Shown piece after piece: positions 20,629 to 32,690 of a stretch of DNA of 64,000 nt. Each line of letters starts with the position of its first letter. Position 1 is the stretch's first letter. A program made the translations under genes and the position numbers. The DNA is taken from contig CDRNVI010000060.1 of assembly GCA_977017575.1 (NCBI GenBank), positions 310,001-374,000 on the forward strand, written 5' to 3'. This DNA is from Paramoeba atlantica (taxonomy: Eukaryota; Protista; Discosea). Under the pieces are notes generated by a model. That model made no database searches and was not told the DNA's origin. It saw only the letters and a list, made by a program, of their open reading frames with translations.

Positions 20629-23256
20629 TTACTCCACCGTCACACTCTTTGCCAGGTGTCGTGGACAATCCACATCATGGCCCTGGAGCACAGCCAGGTG
20701 GTAGGCCAGTAACTGCAGCGGAAGTGCCATTAACACTCCCTGGAGACACTCTACGGTTTCCGGTACCTCCAGTACCGTGTGAAACCACTCAAACGGGAGA
20801 GCAGACGAAGTAGTGGAAGGAGGCGTGCGGCTTTTATGAACACGAAGCGTAGTAGAACGAGGCGTACCGGTTTTACTACTCTCAGTAAAATCAGTTGAAG
20901 TAGGAGCACTACTTTTACTACTACACAGTGTAGTAGAAGCAGGAGTGCTACTTTTACTTAAAGGAGTAGAAATAGGAGTAGTAGTCCATGCACTCCCACT
21001 CCCCCCTTCCCCTTTTGATACCCGTTTTGTGGTAATCAACACCAGGGGGTTGGCTCCCCGAGCGTGGAGTTGCTCCACGGCAGTGTGCATTTTACTTATT
21101 GTACTGTCCCGAGGGGCAATACAAATCACCGGGCGGTGATCATTAACAAGAGCCAGGGGGCCATGTTTCAGATCCCCTGCGGATAAAGCCTCCGCGTGGA
21201 GGTACGCGAGCTCTTTTATTTTAAGAGCCCCCTCCAGGGCGGTGGGGTGGCTGGTGCCGCGCCCCAGGAGAAGCCACGAGGGGTAGGGGAGGAGCTCGGA
21301 GGCGAGTTGGCGTACCGCAGAGTCCAGTTGCAGCGTCTGTTGAACCATATGGGGGAGACTGGCAAAAGAGTGGAGGACAGTGTGGATAAAGGTTTGTTGG
21401 GAGGTATGAGATTGTCCCACCAGAAGGGCGAAGAGGGTAAGCAGCACCAGTTGGGAGGTGTAGGCCTTCGTGCTGGCTACTCCTACCTCAGGGCCAGCGT
21501 TTAGATGGATACCAAACTGAGTACGTCGGGAGAGGGAGGAACCAACGCCGTTAGTAATGCCCATGCGTACCACCTCCTGGGATTCTGCGTATTCTAAGGA
21601 TTGCAATGTGTCTGCGGTTTCACCGCTTTGGCTCACAAACACCACGCAGTCATTTCGAAACAGGGGAGGACGGCGGTCGTTAAAGTCGTTTGCAACTTCC
21701 ACCATAACAGTGGCTTGCGTCATTTTCTCTAGGAGAGGCCGCACTCCGAGGCAGGCATGATAGGAGGTGCCACAGGCAATCAAAATGAAGCGCCCGGTCT
21801 TGTGTAATATGGGGAGATAGCTTTGCACGCCACCCAAACAAATTTGAGAGGTTTCCGGGCGTACACGACCACGCAGACTGTCGGTGAGTGAATCTGCCTG
21901 CAGCAGAATCTCCTTTCGCATGAAGTGGGGAAATCCATCCTTTCGTAGACACTCCAGTGCCATTTCTAATTTTTGTGGAGCCCGGGTTTCCGAGCGTAGT
22001 CGACGAGGGTAGTTTTCTGCACACCTGTGTCGGTTGAAAATCCGCAGCGGTGAAGCGCCGGAGGGGTTAAGATGCGCTACGTCCTCATCCTCCAGAAAAT
22101 ACACCTCGCTTACGTGTTCCGCAATCGCCGAGGGGTCGCTGGCCATCCATCCCTCACATCGTCTAGTGGTATTTAGAGACTCACTGAACATGTCTTCCGG
22201 TTTACGTACTGCATTCTTCTTTTGCACCAAAAATTCCTTCGGGGCTTCATATCCCGTAAAGGCGCTTCCCCTCTCCTTTACCCCTTCCTCTGTCGTCCGT
22301 ATCCCCACCACCAGCGGCGACCCTCGTCTACACCCGACCAGCTCCCCCGGGAAGTGCCGGTTACTCTTCAACACAAACCCGCACGCGCCCTCGAGCTGTT
22401 CCATCACGAGCATGGCAAGTTCGGGAAAAGACAGCGCTGGAAAGGCTGGCGTCTCCTCTCCTTCGCCCCCGGGCCTCTCCTGCCGCTCCCTCTGCTGCTG
22501 TTGCATCAGCCAATCCGCTAGTTTGGCAATCAGCTCGGTATCTGTTGGGGTTTCCACCTGCACGTTGTTTTGGTTCAGCCCCTCACGTATCTCCCTGTGG
22601 TTGGTGACGACACCGTTGTGTACGACCACAAAGGTGTGGTGGGTGGGGTCACTGGTGTGGGGGTGCGCGTTGGTGTCGGTGGGGGGGCCGTGTGTGGCCC
22701 ACCGGGTGTGGGCAACCCCAGAGCCGAGCGTGAGAGAAGGTGAAGAAGAAGATAAAGGTGAACCCGCAGATGAAGATGAACAACCCGATGAGGGAGATGC
22801 GCTACTACAGACAACTCCCGAGACGACTCCCGAAGAAGCCGAAAAAGATGAAGGAGGTGGGGAAGAAGACGAACGGCTCGCGCATTCTGAAGCTGGAAAA
22901 GACGACGAACAAGCGAATGAACTACCCCTCGACCCTTCTGCTGATTTCAGCTCTCCTACCGCACAGGAGCTCCTCTCCTCCGTGTCGCCCTCTCTCTGGT
23001 TTATATTCCTATCCTCCTTCTCCCCTATCAGCTCCCACCCGGTTTGTTGTTTCACGTAATCCACGAGGTTGGAGACGTTGCCTTTCTTCTTAATAATCTT
23101 TGGAGCATTGCGGGGATCCGGGTCGGCATCAAAGCTAATCCCAGCGGAGTCGTACCCGCGGTACTCCAGTCGCCGTAGTCCACGTAGGAGAGTGACGACT
23201 AGGGATTCCGGGGAGTGGGGGAGACCGAAGAATGCGTAGGCAAAGATTCCACACAT
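20629..23256 (-). CDS. GFAT: Glutamine:fructose-6-phosphate amidotransferase
   Basis: MCGIF, LEYRGYDSAG, AHTRWATHG, SQSGETAD, GVASTKAYTSQ, EGALKIKE, LAKSVTVE; several low-complexity in-frame insertions. Confidence 0.97.
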   Translation of the reverse strand: MCGIFAYAFFGLPHSPESLVVTLLRGLRRLEYRGYDSAGISFDADPDPRNAPKIIKKKGNVSNLVDYVKQQTGWELIGEKEDRNINQREGDTEERSSCAVGELKSAEGSRGSSFACSSSFPASECASRSSSSPPPSSFSASSGVVSGVVCSSASPSSGCSSSSAGSPLSSSSPSLTLGSGVAHTRWATHGPPTDTNAHPHTSDPTHHTFVVVHNGVVTNHREIREGLNQNNVQVETPTDTELIAKLADWLMQQQQRERQERPGGEGEETPAFPALSFPELAMLVMEQLEGACGFVLKSNRHFPGELVGCRRGSPLVVGIRTTEEGVKERGSAFTGYEAPKEFLVQKKNAVRKPEDMFSESLNTTRRCEGWMASDPSAIAEHVSEVYFLEDEDVAHLNPSGASPLRIFNRHRCAENYPRRLRSETRAPQKLEMALECLRKDGFPHFMRKEILLQADSLTDSLRGRVRPETSQICLGGVQSYLPILHKTGRFILIACGTSYHACLGVRPLLEKMTQATVMVEVANDFNDRRPPLFRNDCVVFVSQSGETADTLQSLEYAESQEVVRMGITNGVGSSLSRRTQFGIHLNAGPEVGVASTKAYTSQLVLLTLFALLVGQSHTSQQTFIHTVLHSFASLPHMVQQTLQLDSAVRQLASELLPYPSWLLLGRGTSHPTALEGALKIKELAYLHAEALSAGDLKHGPLALVNDHRPVICIAPRDSTISKMHTAVEQLHARGANPLVLITTKRVSKGEGGSGSAWTTTPISTPLSKSSTPASTTLCSSKSSAPTSTDFTESSKTGTPRSTTLRVHKSRTPPSTTSSALPFEWFHTVLEVPETVECLQGVLMALPLQLLAYHLAVLQGHDVDCPRHLAKSVTVE

Positions 23257-23511
23257 GGGAAAAGAGATAGTATAGTTTTAAAGTAGTATAGTTTTTTCTG
23301 TTTTCGAAGGGGTTAATCTCTTTTAATAAAAACAAGAGCTATACAAGACAGAAACGATTCACGTTTTAATTCAATTTATAGGGGAAAATGAGAATTGAAA
23401 ACAGGTAAAAGGGAATTGCCCAGAAACGGAGTACGATTTTCTCCGTATTCTGTAGCTATGGATCTGGGCGCTATATGCACAACACCCGGGAGCTAAATGG
23501 AGAGCGCAGTA

Positions 23512-25416
23512 TTACTCCAGTACGACACAAGAAGGAGCTGGTGTCGGCAACACAGTACTAAACTGGTTTCCAGAGAGACATAGGGTTAGCATTGACGATG
23601 GGACGTGAGAAGTGTCAATAATACCGGTGAATTTATTGTGGCTTAAGTCCAGAGTGCATAAATCATTTGGAAGAGCCCGAAGCTCAATTTCACCAGAGAA
23701 AAGATTGTGCTGTAGGTACAGATCTTCTAAGTTTGAGCACAATCGTGTGAAGTCAGGAGTTCCTGTAAGAAAATTGTTCTCCAAGTGAAGTTCGGCCAAA
23801 TTATCCGGAAGCAAAGACAAATTCACGGGTCCACAAAAGTGATTGTTCGCTAGGTTTAAGGAGCGCAATTCAGCATTCAGATCAGACAAGTTAATTTCTC
23901 CCACAAAATTGTTATTATTCAGCCGGAGGATATCAAGGCCAGCTGGAAGCATCGTAAGATCGATGGTTCCATCGAATTTATTATGTTCTGCGCAGAATTG
24001 AATTAGTGCTTCAGGAAGACATGGCAGAACGAGAGGTCCCGCCAAATCTGGATTATTGTTAATGAAACAATCTTCAAGATTTTCGGGTAGATTTTTGGTA
24101 CGAAACTCCCCACTAAACATATTATTATTTAGTGCGAGTTTTGTCAAGTACTGCGGGAGATTTCCGATAGCAACAGAGGGACCTAATTGATTATGACTCA
24201 GCCAAACCTCCTCTATGGTTTCCGGCAGATGTGAGAGATCTACGTTGCCGACAAATTGATTTTCCATGATCATGATTTGATGCAAAGGTGGTGGAAGTTG
24301 TGTCAAATCGACGCTTCCCGTAAATTGGTTACTGTGTAGTGCAAGGTGTTCCAGTTGCTGCGGAAGTGATGTTAAGTCCAGAGACCCGGAGAGCGCATTG
24401 TTGGGTAGCGCCAAAACATGAAGAAAGGGGGGTAACTGAGTTAGATCAACGCTCCCTGTCAGTTGGCAAGAAGCTATTGCTAGCGTCGCCAGTTGCTCGG
24501 GAAGCTGGGTAATGTCTATCGATCCTGAAAACGAATTCATCCCAAGAAACATTTCTTTTAGACCTGAGGGCAGTGTTATTAAATGAAGTTTGCCTTCGAG
24601 TTGGTTGCGATTCAGCATGAGTGAAACCAATGCTGGCGGAAGATGAGTCAAATCTACACTCCTCGCGAAATGGTTTCTCTTAAGAAATAAGGTTCGCATG
24701 GTGCATGGCAAATGATCTAAATGGAGGTCTCCGTACAGCTCATTCTGCCCAACATCAAACAGGCGTACGTTTGGCGGTAGTCGTTCAATTTCAATTTTGC
24801 CACTAAGCTTGTTCTCCGATAATGCAATATCGCGCATTCCCTCTGGAAGATCGTTCAGAGAAATGCCACCGCTAAACTCGTTATTATTTAGGCGCAACTC
24901 TTGTAGGGCCCTTGGAAGATGACTCATTATTAACTGTCCCGTAAAGTGGTTTGATTGCAATTCTAACACAACTAGTTCGCCGCCCAATTCAGACCATTCG
25001 ATTTCGCCCGTCAGATCGTTTTGTCCCAGATGCAGCTGCAGAATAGATCGAGGTAACTCTGATGTGGGTAAATTTCCGTACAGGGCATTGAACTGCATTT
25101 CCAGCACAGTGACAGTGGGAGGCAAATCTTTCCAATTCGGGACACCTCTTAAATGGTTACACCCCCACTGAATACGAATAATTTCGCTACCGGAATTACA
25201 TCGCACGCCCATCCACTGGCATCCCGGTGTTTTGGTATTCCAGTTCGATGAGGTGAAGGTCAGATTCGATACAAAGTGTGCCAAGTAATACTCTGAGGGC
25301 CAAATAGTTCCCCGTACTTTTTGAGGTCGAGCGGAAATGTTTCTACCCTCTATATCCCGAGGTGGAGAATGTGAAATTATCGTCTTATCATCTTTTGCCC
25401 TTATTGCGCGAAACAT
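23512..25416 (-). CDS. Leucine-rich repeat protein (634 aa, >20 repeats)
   Basis: Cap CQWMGVRC followed by tandem NxFxGxxDLTxLPxxL repeats. Confidence 0.93.
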   Translation of the reverse strand: MFRAIRAKDDKTIISHSPPRDIEGRNISARPQKVRGTIWPSEYYLAHFVSNLTFTSSNWNTKTPGCQWMGVRCNSGSEIIRIQWGCNHLRGVPNWKDLPPTVTVLEMQFNALYGNLPTSELPRSILQLHLGQNDLTGEIEWSELGGELVVLELQSNHFTGQLIMSHLPRALQELRLNNNEFSGGISLNDLPEGMRDIALSENKLSGKIEIERLPPNVRLFDVGQNELYGDLHLDHLPCTMRTLFLKRNHFARSVDLTHLPPALVSLMLNRNQLEGKLHLITLPSGLKEMFLGMNSFSGSIDITQLPEQLATLAIASCQLTGSVDLTQLPPFLHVLALPNNALSGSLDLTSLPQQLEHLALHSNQFTGSVDLTQLPPPLHQIMIMENQFVGNVDLSHLPETIEEVWLSHNQLGPSVAIGNLPQYLTKLALNNNMFSGEFRTKNLPENLEDCFINNNPDLAGPLVLPCLPEALIQFCAEHNKFDGTIDLTMLPAGLDILRLNNNNFVGEINLSDLNAELRSLNLANNHFCGPVNLSLLPDNLAELHLENNFLTGTPDFTRLCSNLEDLYLQHNLFSGEIELRALPNDLCTLDLSHNKFTGIIDTSHVPSSMLTLCLSGNQFSTVLPTPAPSCVVLE

Positions 25417-25640
25417 AAGGATAGCAATTATAAACGTTTACAAAAGAAAAATAAAAAATTCTGCAAAACATTTACTGTATTATATTCAGAATATTGCCAC
25501 CTGTTGCTAAGTACACGTCACTTGCACTGTATTACACGTCACTTGCATCTGTACGTATAATACAGTAACTCAAAAAAGTGTACAAATGTTTCGACATTTG
25601 AATTAATGTTTATATTTTTTTATCACAGAGAATCAGAGAA

Positions 25641-25702
25641 TTTTAGGTTCTTCGTTAAAAGTGGTGGTTGTTTTCAACTTAGAAGTCACTCGTGCTGTGC
25701 GC
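25641..25702. repeat. Half copy (one arm plus loop) of the palindromic element
   Basis: ttttaggttcttcgttaaaagtggtggttgttttcaacttagaagtcactc matches the reverse complement of 8795-8846. Confidence 0.85.
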
Positions 25703-26489
25703 CATAAAATATTGCCCCTGAAATAAAATATCGCCCCTGATCGTTTACCGGACGCTGGTCTTCTCGAACGCATGGAAGAAAACGTCATTAGTTTGTGTGT
25801 CAACTGGATAAATAATCGAAGGAAGCAATTAAAAGGATCTCCGTGCGGTAAAGTGATAGAGCTTTTGTGCACCGTTCCGATCGATGAGATGAGTGTCCAC
25901 CAGTTGTAGTACCTTTCTGGGTCTGTTTGGAACTGAATAATTGAGTTTACAACTTTTTGTTTATGAGGGGATCTTTTTGAGGCCTTAAATGCTTTTTGTA
26001 TGGTCTCTCGTAAAAGCACAATAGAGCCTTAGCCGTAAAGGCCTCGTACAACAACACAAGATCCGGAGGTATCCTCGCAAAAACACACTAAGGATCATCA
26101 CCGAACTTCACCCTCACACTTCGTTGTGGTGGCGACGATGCCGGGCTTGGGACCGGTGACAAATGCGTTTGTGAATCTGTTTGTGAAGTCTGTGATAATG
26201 TATCTTTATAATCTTAATCTTTATAAAAAGAAACAAAGTTATTTGCTTGGGGAACGAGATCTATTAAACACAATGAAATCAAGACAAAATGCGAAATTCC
26301 CCCCTCTTCCCTAATCCCCCCCGCCTTGAGCAAACCCAGGCAAACCCAGGTGGTTTCAGCCCTCTAAATAGGGGCGTAGAGGGGTGACAATTAAGTAGGA
26401 GGAGGCACAGTATTTGCAAATTTGTGATCTTTCTGAAGAACTTCTCAAGAAAGAATACAGAGTGCGAAAAATACGAATTATCAGAACGG

Positions 26490-27463
26490 TCTTGAAACAT
26501 TTTGACTTCAAGGAAAAGATTTTCAATTGAAACTCAGAGAGCTGGGTTTGGATATCATCAGAATTAACTGGAATGACTAACTTGACTTGAAAAGAAGAAA
26601 ACTAATTTAGCTAGTGCTAGTACTATTTAGACACATTATATTTTGTGAGAGTGAAGGCTATGTGATCTTCTATCATATTTTCGTCTATACTTACAGGTAG
26701 TACCGAAGGTAACGAAAAGTAATAGAATAATACTTTTCGTTGTCTTTACAATTCTTTACAATGTTTTTCATTGCTTTTCTCCAATATTCTTCAAATATTG
26801 GGTGAAAAGGGACTTTCTTCCCCCGAAAAAAACTTGAAGTTTTTTCATGGTGGTTTCTCAAACAAAATTTCAGTATTATCCGAGCGAGTGATTAAACATC
26901 GTATTTTTGCTACTTACACGACTCCGCTATATCATTTTTATTTGCACAGGCTGTAAAATGTATAACAGTATCACTTTTTGTAGTTCGGAACCTTGGATGA
27001 CGTAATGATAGAAGCCTGTACCGTACAATGTGAATTGAGGAGTTCTTGTAATCCGCTGTTTAAGAATTTTAAAATTATTGTCCAGGCTCAGAACCGGAAC
27101 CAAGCTAGAGCTCATAAATTTTCTTCTTTGGTACATTCTATTAAGGGAAGTACGAAGTTAAAAGTTTTTGGGGGAAAAAAGTCCCTTATGACCAAATTTT
27201 GTGACCTCCCTTTTGATAAATTTTATAATAGCGGGAAGGGGGGGCAAAAGAAAGTGAATCAAATGAAACGTGTGAAATGGGGGAAATTTTCAGACCTTCG
27301 TTTTTTCTGAAACTGACCGAAGTTTCAGGGGGAGGTCATGGTAACATTCGAGATATCAGAAGTGTCTTGAAACAGTTTAACTTCAAGGAAATGATTTTCA
27401 ATTGGAACTCAGAGAGCTGGGTTTGGATATCATCACGAGTAAATGCAATGATAAGCAAGACTT
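26490..27463 (+). repeat. ~99-bp direct repeat pair (26490-26588 and 27365-27463)
   Basis: Shared tcttgaaaca...ttcaaggaaa.gattttcaattg.aactcagagagctgggtttggatatcatca. Confidence 0.85.
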
Positions 27464-28315
27464 TTAATGGGACGAAAAAAAGAATTAGCAAACTACACAG
27501 AAGATTTTACTTACGACTTTTCTTGCTTGAGCATTTGACAAACACATTTAACTGCTATTCTTGGATTAGTTAATATGCGTAACAAAGGAGTTTTAGCTGA
27601 TGTAAAGGAGTTATTTTAGGGAAGAAGAGCTTTTGTTGCCTGATTGTGATGTTAGATGAGTCATTGTAAAGAAATCGTGTTCTAATGTTGAAAAAAAGTA
27701 GCGCATTTTCGATATTTTAGAACGGATAATTTGCATTACACATACATTCACTACAAGATACACATGTTTGTGAGTGAATCTGATTCAGATGCAAACGGCA
27801 CTACTAGAAGGCGCTGTGCATATTCCACATATTTTCGTTCACTGGAGTTTCCAATGGGTTTATTTCGCTGCTTCAGTGAATCAAATTTATTGTCCAGAAG
27901 TCAAACTTCGAAATAGTCACCATAACTAGTACAGTGGTTTCAGTTGATCTTGCCCCCCCCTCGGAATTTTGATTTCTTTGATCCGTTTTTGATTATCTTT
28001 TCAGCATTGGAGAGATCTCGTCCCCCTAGCGAAGCGCCTCGCCGCCTTTTTTTCATAGAGACCCCCTGGTGCCCCCTGGGTCCAAAAAACACTGTTTTTT
28101 AGACGTTTTCTGTGTACACAACCGCTTTTGCCACGTTTTCCCGATTTTCTGTATATTTTTTACATGTAAGTACGAATGATAGTGTTCTAAATTGATAATT
28201 TGAAAGCTCTATGTCTAGTACTCTCTCTATTGCCTAGATTAATTTAGTCAACACCTCTACATTATGAAGATCAGACCCTCTAACCCCAAACAGGGGGAGT
28301 ACATAGAACGATGTA

Positions 28316-30644
28316 AACCGGGGGTCAGCTCAATATTAAGGTTAGTTTAATATTAAGATCTACTTTAATATTAATATTGACACTTTAATATTAAGATTCA
28401 CGTTAACATTAAGCTTCGATTTTTTACGGATTTTCTTTGGCTCTTTGACTTTTCTGATTTTTCTAATGGACGTTATCGCTACAGTTTGGCCTTTCCGAGG
28501 AGGCCATGGGTCACGGTGGCCTCCCTTGAGGACCACTAGACGTGTCCTCCGCCGACGAGACTCTCGGCTCTCTGCATCTGGCGGTGGCCGAGCTCCCCGC
28601 ACCTCGGCTCTGTCGCAGCTCTCTGCACCTGGAATGACCCCGAAACTGTAATATGGGGATTACGCATCCGGCTCTCTGCACCTGGGACGCCAGCTCTCCG
28701 CACCAGCACACCTCCGGCGAGGACGAAACCTCACTTGATCCACCCGTCGTATGCGGGATAAGGACATAGTGAGTAAATCTCTGCACTATAAGTGCATGAT
28801 AAAACAATGACGGCACTCAACGTAATTACGGAACACCTTAGTTAAGGGACAACTCCTTCTGGGACAAAAGTGTCCCGTAATTAAATGTCACTTAGCTTTG
28901 ACCTGTTTCACGGAAAAGGGCAATACTACATACACAATATATCTCCCCATGGAGCCACCGAGTCCAAGTTTCTGGTGAGTGATTGTACTGCAGGTTCTGT
29001 TGCTATATTTTTTCTTATTTTTGTACATGGCATATATGGGCGTGTAAAACTTTTCTGCTGACAATATGCCGGTCGAGCCGGATCCACCACACTTCGTTCC
29101 AGGCAGTGGAGCGAAACGCACTCCCAAGGCCCAAGTGTGAAGAACCGGATGAAAGATCAAATGATAGTGAAGCATCACATTCCAGTGATTCAGAGGATTC
29201 CTGTAAACTTTGAAAAAAAGGAGGTAGAAGTTCTACCGTAGAACTAAGATTTGCCCTTAAACGGGGGTACAACGGGAGTACGACTTAATGTACCGGGTAC
29301 CCTTTTATATACCGGGGGGGGGGGGTATAATCGCTACCCAATATACCCCCACCCCCTTGTTTTTCACGGTGCCGTCATGAAATTACCCCTTTTAACCTCT
29401 TTGGTTAAGGTTGTCTAGCAAAAACAAACACTAAAAACATTGGAGCTAATATACCCCCCACCCCCCCGCATTATACCCCCCACCCGGTATAAACGGAGAG
29501 CGAATATACCCCCCCCCTTAATATACAGGGTGTACTTTATTATACCCCCCTGTACATATTAAGATTAGCATCTTTCCAATCTTAATTATTAAGATTGCTA
29601 AGAACCCTGTCAACTCCACCGTCGATGGCGAGGCCAAAGAATTTAGCTCCATCTATGGTTCGTCGAATGTCTTCCCAGATCATGTCGGCAATTCGACGTT
29701 CACTGATATGAAATTCGCGAGGAGAAGGAAGGATCGATGCAGCTTCTGAAGGATGTATGTCGGGGGGAAATTCTTGAAATAAGGTCTTTACGCACTCGAG
29801 GAATCCTTCGGTAGAAAGATTTCTCTGAGCTGCGAAACATGGGAGAGCTTCGGAGATGTACTCCTCTAGCGACTTGGGATTTGCAACTTCACTGGAGTCT
29901 TCCATCCCCTGCTGCGCCTTCGAGCAGCACTCTTTCAAATGTTTATAACAAAAATTCTCCCCCTTGCTATGGGTCACCCACCCACATACTTTACATCGAA
30001 CATGCTGTGTGTGGCCCATAGCATCATTCCGGATGCCTGAGACGTTTTTCCGAGCCCACTCGAGGCACAATTTTCCAGAGGACTCAACGCCGAGATCGCA
30101 TCGCTCGTACGTTAATTGCTGCTGTCGACGGAGGCTTCCACAAGCGAGTGGATCGTTCCCGCAGTTGCTTTTTCTCTTTCTCTGGAGAGCATTCTCCTCT
30201 TCAAGCGGAGAGAGGGACGCACTTAACGCTACTTGGGAAGGTGTCTCTTCTAACTGTGACGTAATTGCGGCTACTCTCTCGCGATGCTCCCGTGCTGACG
30301 GTCGCTTTCTTGTGTTTTCAGGGGTGGGGGTTGAAGGTGCGCTTTCCGAGTTCTTTGAACGTTGCGTCATTTAAAACAGTGAGTGAGAAGGTGATTAAAG
30401 GAAGTGATAAGGTGCAAACAAAAAGGCTGAGCAATACTTGTGTACCAGTCCTAAATGTCGCAATAAAGACAAATCTTTCCATTCATATACAGGGAAAAAC
30501 TACATTTCTATAGACACTTAATAAGATTATAGACACCTTCGAAAAGTAGTATCTCATAGTATATACTATAGTATATACTAAAATACTAGTTAGACTATGT
30601 TAATATTAGCATTTCCAATCTTAATATTAGACTGACCCCCGGTT
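28316..30644. mobile_element. TA|AACC-terminated element nested in 27932..31322
   Basis: ta|aaccgggggtcag...aatattaag at both ends (inverted); subterminal aatattaag repeats; tatacccccc repeat array at 29300-29550. Confidence 0.8.
29582..30370 (-). pseudogene. Truncated hAT-like transposase (BED-like zinc finger plus first-Asp motif)
   Basis: HVRCKVC...YKHLKECC; ends at FFGLAIDGGVD and then runs into TIR-like aatcttaat repeats. Confidence 0.6.
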
Positions 30645-32429
30645 TAATCACAAAAGAGAAGAGAACCCCACAATATGTGCAACACAATTGATTCAGTCCC
30701 AAAGAGACTTCGAAACGTGTTGCAAAACAATGGAAGCCATTCCGGATACTACTCCTCTTCTCATTAATTTTAATAAATGCCATTCCTATTTTTTCAAAGA
30801 AAAATTATAGATTTTCAAGAAATTATGGTTTTGAAGAAAAAAACAGGAAAAGCTAGAATAGAGGGGAGGACACCGCAGAAAAATTTGACCCTCGCTTCCG
30901 ACAAGGGCCTTGGATCTCACGTTCTGCGATAGCTTAGCGCAGAAAAATAGCGTTTTTCCATCAGGCAGGATCATTAATCAGGACTTTTTGCCTAACCATT
31001 CTCGTTAATTTCTATAAATATAAATTTTCTTTTTTGTTATAATTAATATTTATAGAAATTAATGAGAGGAGTTCTTTGCATTCAGAGTTAACTTTTGGAC
31101 ACAACCGTTTTTTGCTCCATTTTTCATAGACAAAAAGATGTCATATTTTTTTATTTTGGTCAACTTTCGGGTCACCCAGGGGGCACCAGGGGGTCTCTAT
31201 GAAAAAAAGGCGGAAAAAGTCTTCGCTGGGGGAACGAGATCTCTCCAATGCTGCAAAGATGAGCAAAAGCGGATAAAAAAAGTCAAAATTCCGAGGGGGG
31301 GCAAGATCAACTGAGACCACTGTATAGTAGCCGTACAACAGCCATTTTCAAGCGTGCTGTATCGACATTTAGCGCTCTCGCCGTTGTATTGCAAGGCTAC
31401 TGAATTTGTGCACTAGACATGTCATATGCAGCCCGATAAAAAATAGAAAAATAGGTGGTAAGAGAGTTATTCCTACCGATGAGGCAATAGAATATTCTTC
31501 ACGTGGTGTTCGGCAGTACTATTGACCAAATATCGAACACTAGTAGACTTTGAATGTGCTGACGAGCTTGCTCCATAAAAAGCGAGGGTCCCGACTTTCG
31601 AACAGGCGGAAGCCCGTGGAAAATCCAATGGAAAATCCACCGAACTACTTGAAATAAAGGTTCGTAAAGGTTTCTACTGGAAATGCAGCATAGCCTCCGG
31701 TGAATTTGTCATAGTATCTTCGTTGATACACTCGAAGCCTCGTCAATCTAAATTGTACTGACGTCTTCGATTTTATTCAGTCTCTCGCTAGTGAGGTACG
31801 ACGTACAGGATTTCCGGTACGCTTTCCAAGCCACCATGTCAGAAAAGTCGTTTTCTTGCCCTTATTTTTTCTATCGGCGCACGATTGGCCGAAGGCCACC
31901 AGTAGGGGGTAGTATGGCCGTAGGGGGTATAGCGAGGGCGTGCCTGAGCGGGCCTGAGTCATACGCGGCGTTGTTAGTGGAAAAAAATTTGCGAATTGCA
32001 ACAATTTTCGAAGCCCGATGTACTTGCACCAAAACATCTGCTTTTTGTCTGATGAAAAACAAATTCTGGAAAACAAAAGCGTGGGCGGTGGGGGAAGTAA
32101 ACTGAGCGTGAAGAAATGTAGCTGAAAAAAGTGTCGAAAAGCGGAAAAATATCAGGAAAAATAGCCGAGGCACTGAACCTCCTTAACAGGCACCCAATCC
32201 TGCCTAACACATTGACCCTTCCCCTGCGAGAAACACCAAACTCACAACGATACAGAAGACATCTCAAACAATTAGAAAACGCCTGAGAGCTAGAGCCCGA
32301 GCGTCGCTCGCTGCACGATACGGCGGTACACCGCAGTGTACAAAGATGACACATCCACTCGAGTAATTTGACCTCGACCATGCGAACTAAAATTCGCGAA
32401 GGAACCGGGGCATCATTTAATACACAACG

Positions 32430-32690
32430 TGTAAAAGATTCATTCCCATTCGGAGACAGTTTAGAATCTCAGATCCGGTTCCTCCACGCAGACGTGCGCA
32501 CCTACTACACCAATTCCCCATATCTGCGGTTCTCGGCGACGTCTGTGTCCGCATTGGCACTCGGATTCTCAGGTCCCGCGTATTGCACATGGGCTTTAAG
32601 CTCGCGTGTGGAATTGCGCAGGCACTAATCTGGGGCACAATTCTACACAGAGAACCTGGCGATGAGTTACTAGACCCTATCACAGAGCTA
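32430..32690 (+). pseudogene. Reverse transcriptase fragment, YR-retroelement (TATE/VIPER/DIRS)-like
   Basis: With one frameshift: FLHADVRTYY/HQFPIS...RILRSRVLHMGFKLACGIAQ (RT motifs A and B). Confidence 0.5.

Larger units (their letters stand above)
27932..31322. mobile_element. Tc1/mariner-type non-autonomous element, ~150-bp TIRs, TA target duplication
   Basis: ta|cagtggtttcagttgatcttgccccccc...ccccctggg (27932-28080) is inverted at 31175-31322 (...gatcaactgagaccactg|ta). Confidence 0.88.

Noticed and set aside
20438-20668. N-terminal extension of the RPS10 ORF
   Set aside because: Overlaps the GFAT stop region, and eS10 homology starts at MFIRRENR (20437).
20629-23256. Insertions in GFAT (and in PIG-M, Bud32, XPO1) as possible introns or inteins
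   Set aside because: All are in frame without stops, have no convincing splice boundaries, and lack intein C/S...HN motifs.
25700-26020. Minus-strand ORF with YYNWW, reminiscent of a hAT C-terminal dimerisation domain
   Set aside because: The diagnostic ERxFS motif is not recoverable; evidence too weak.
28712-28730. GAGGACGAAAC, like the 3' half of a hammerhead ribozyme core
   Set aside because: No CUGANGA upstream and stem II does not pair correctly.
31559-31590. CTGACGA followed by a gctt/aagc stem, like a hammerhead 5' core
   Set aside because: Followed by GAGG rather than GAAA; no stems I or III found.
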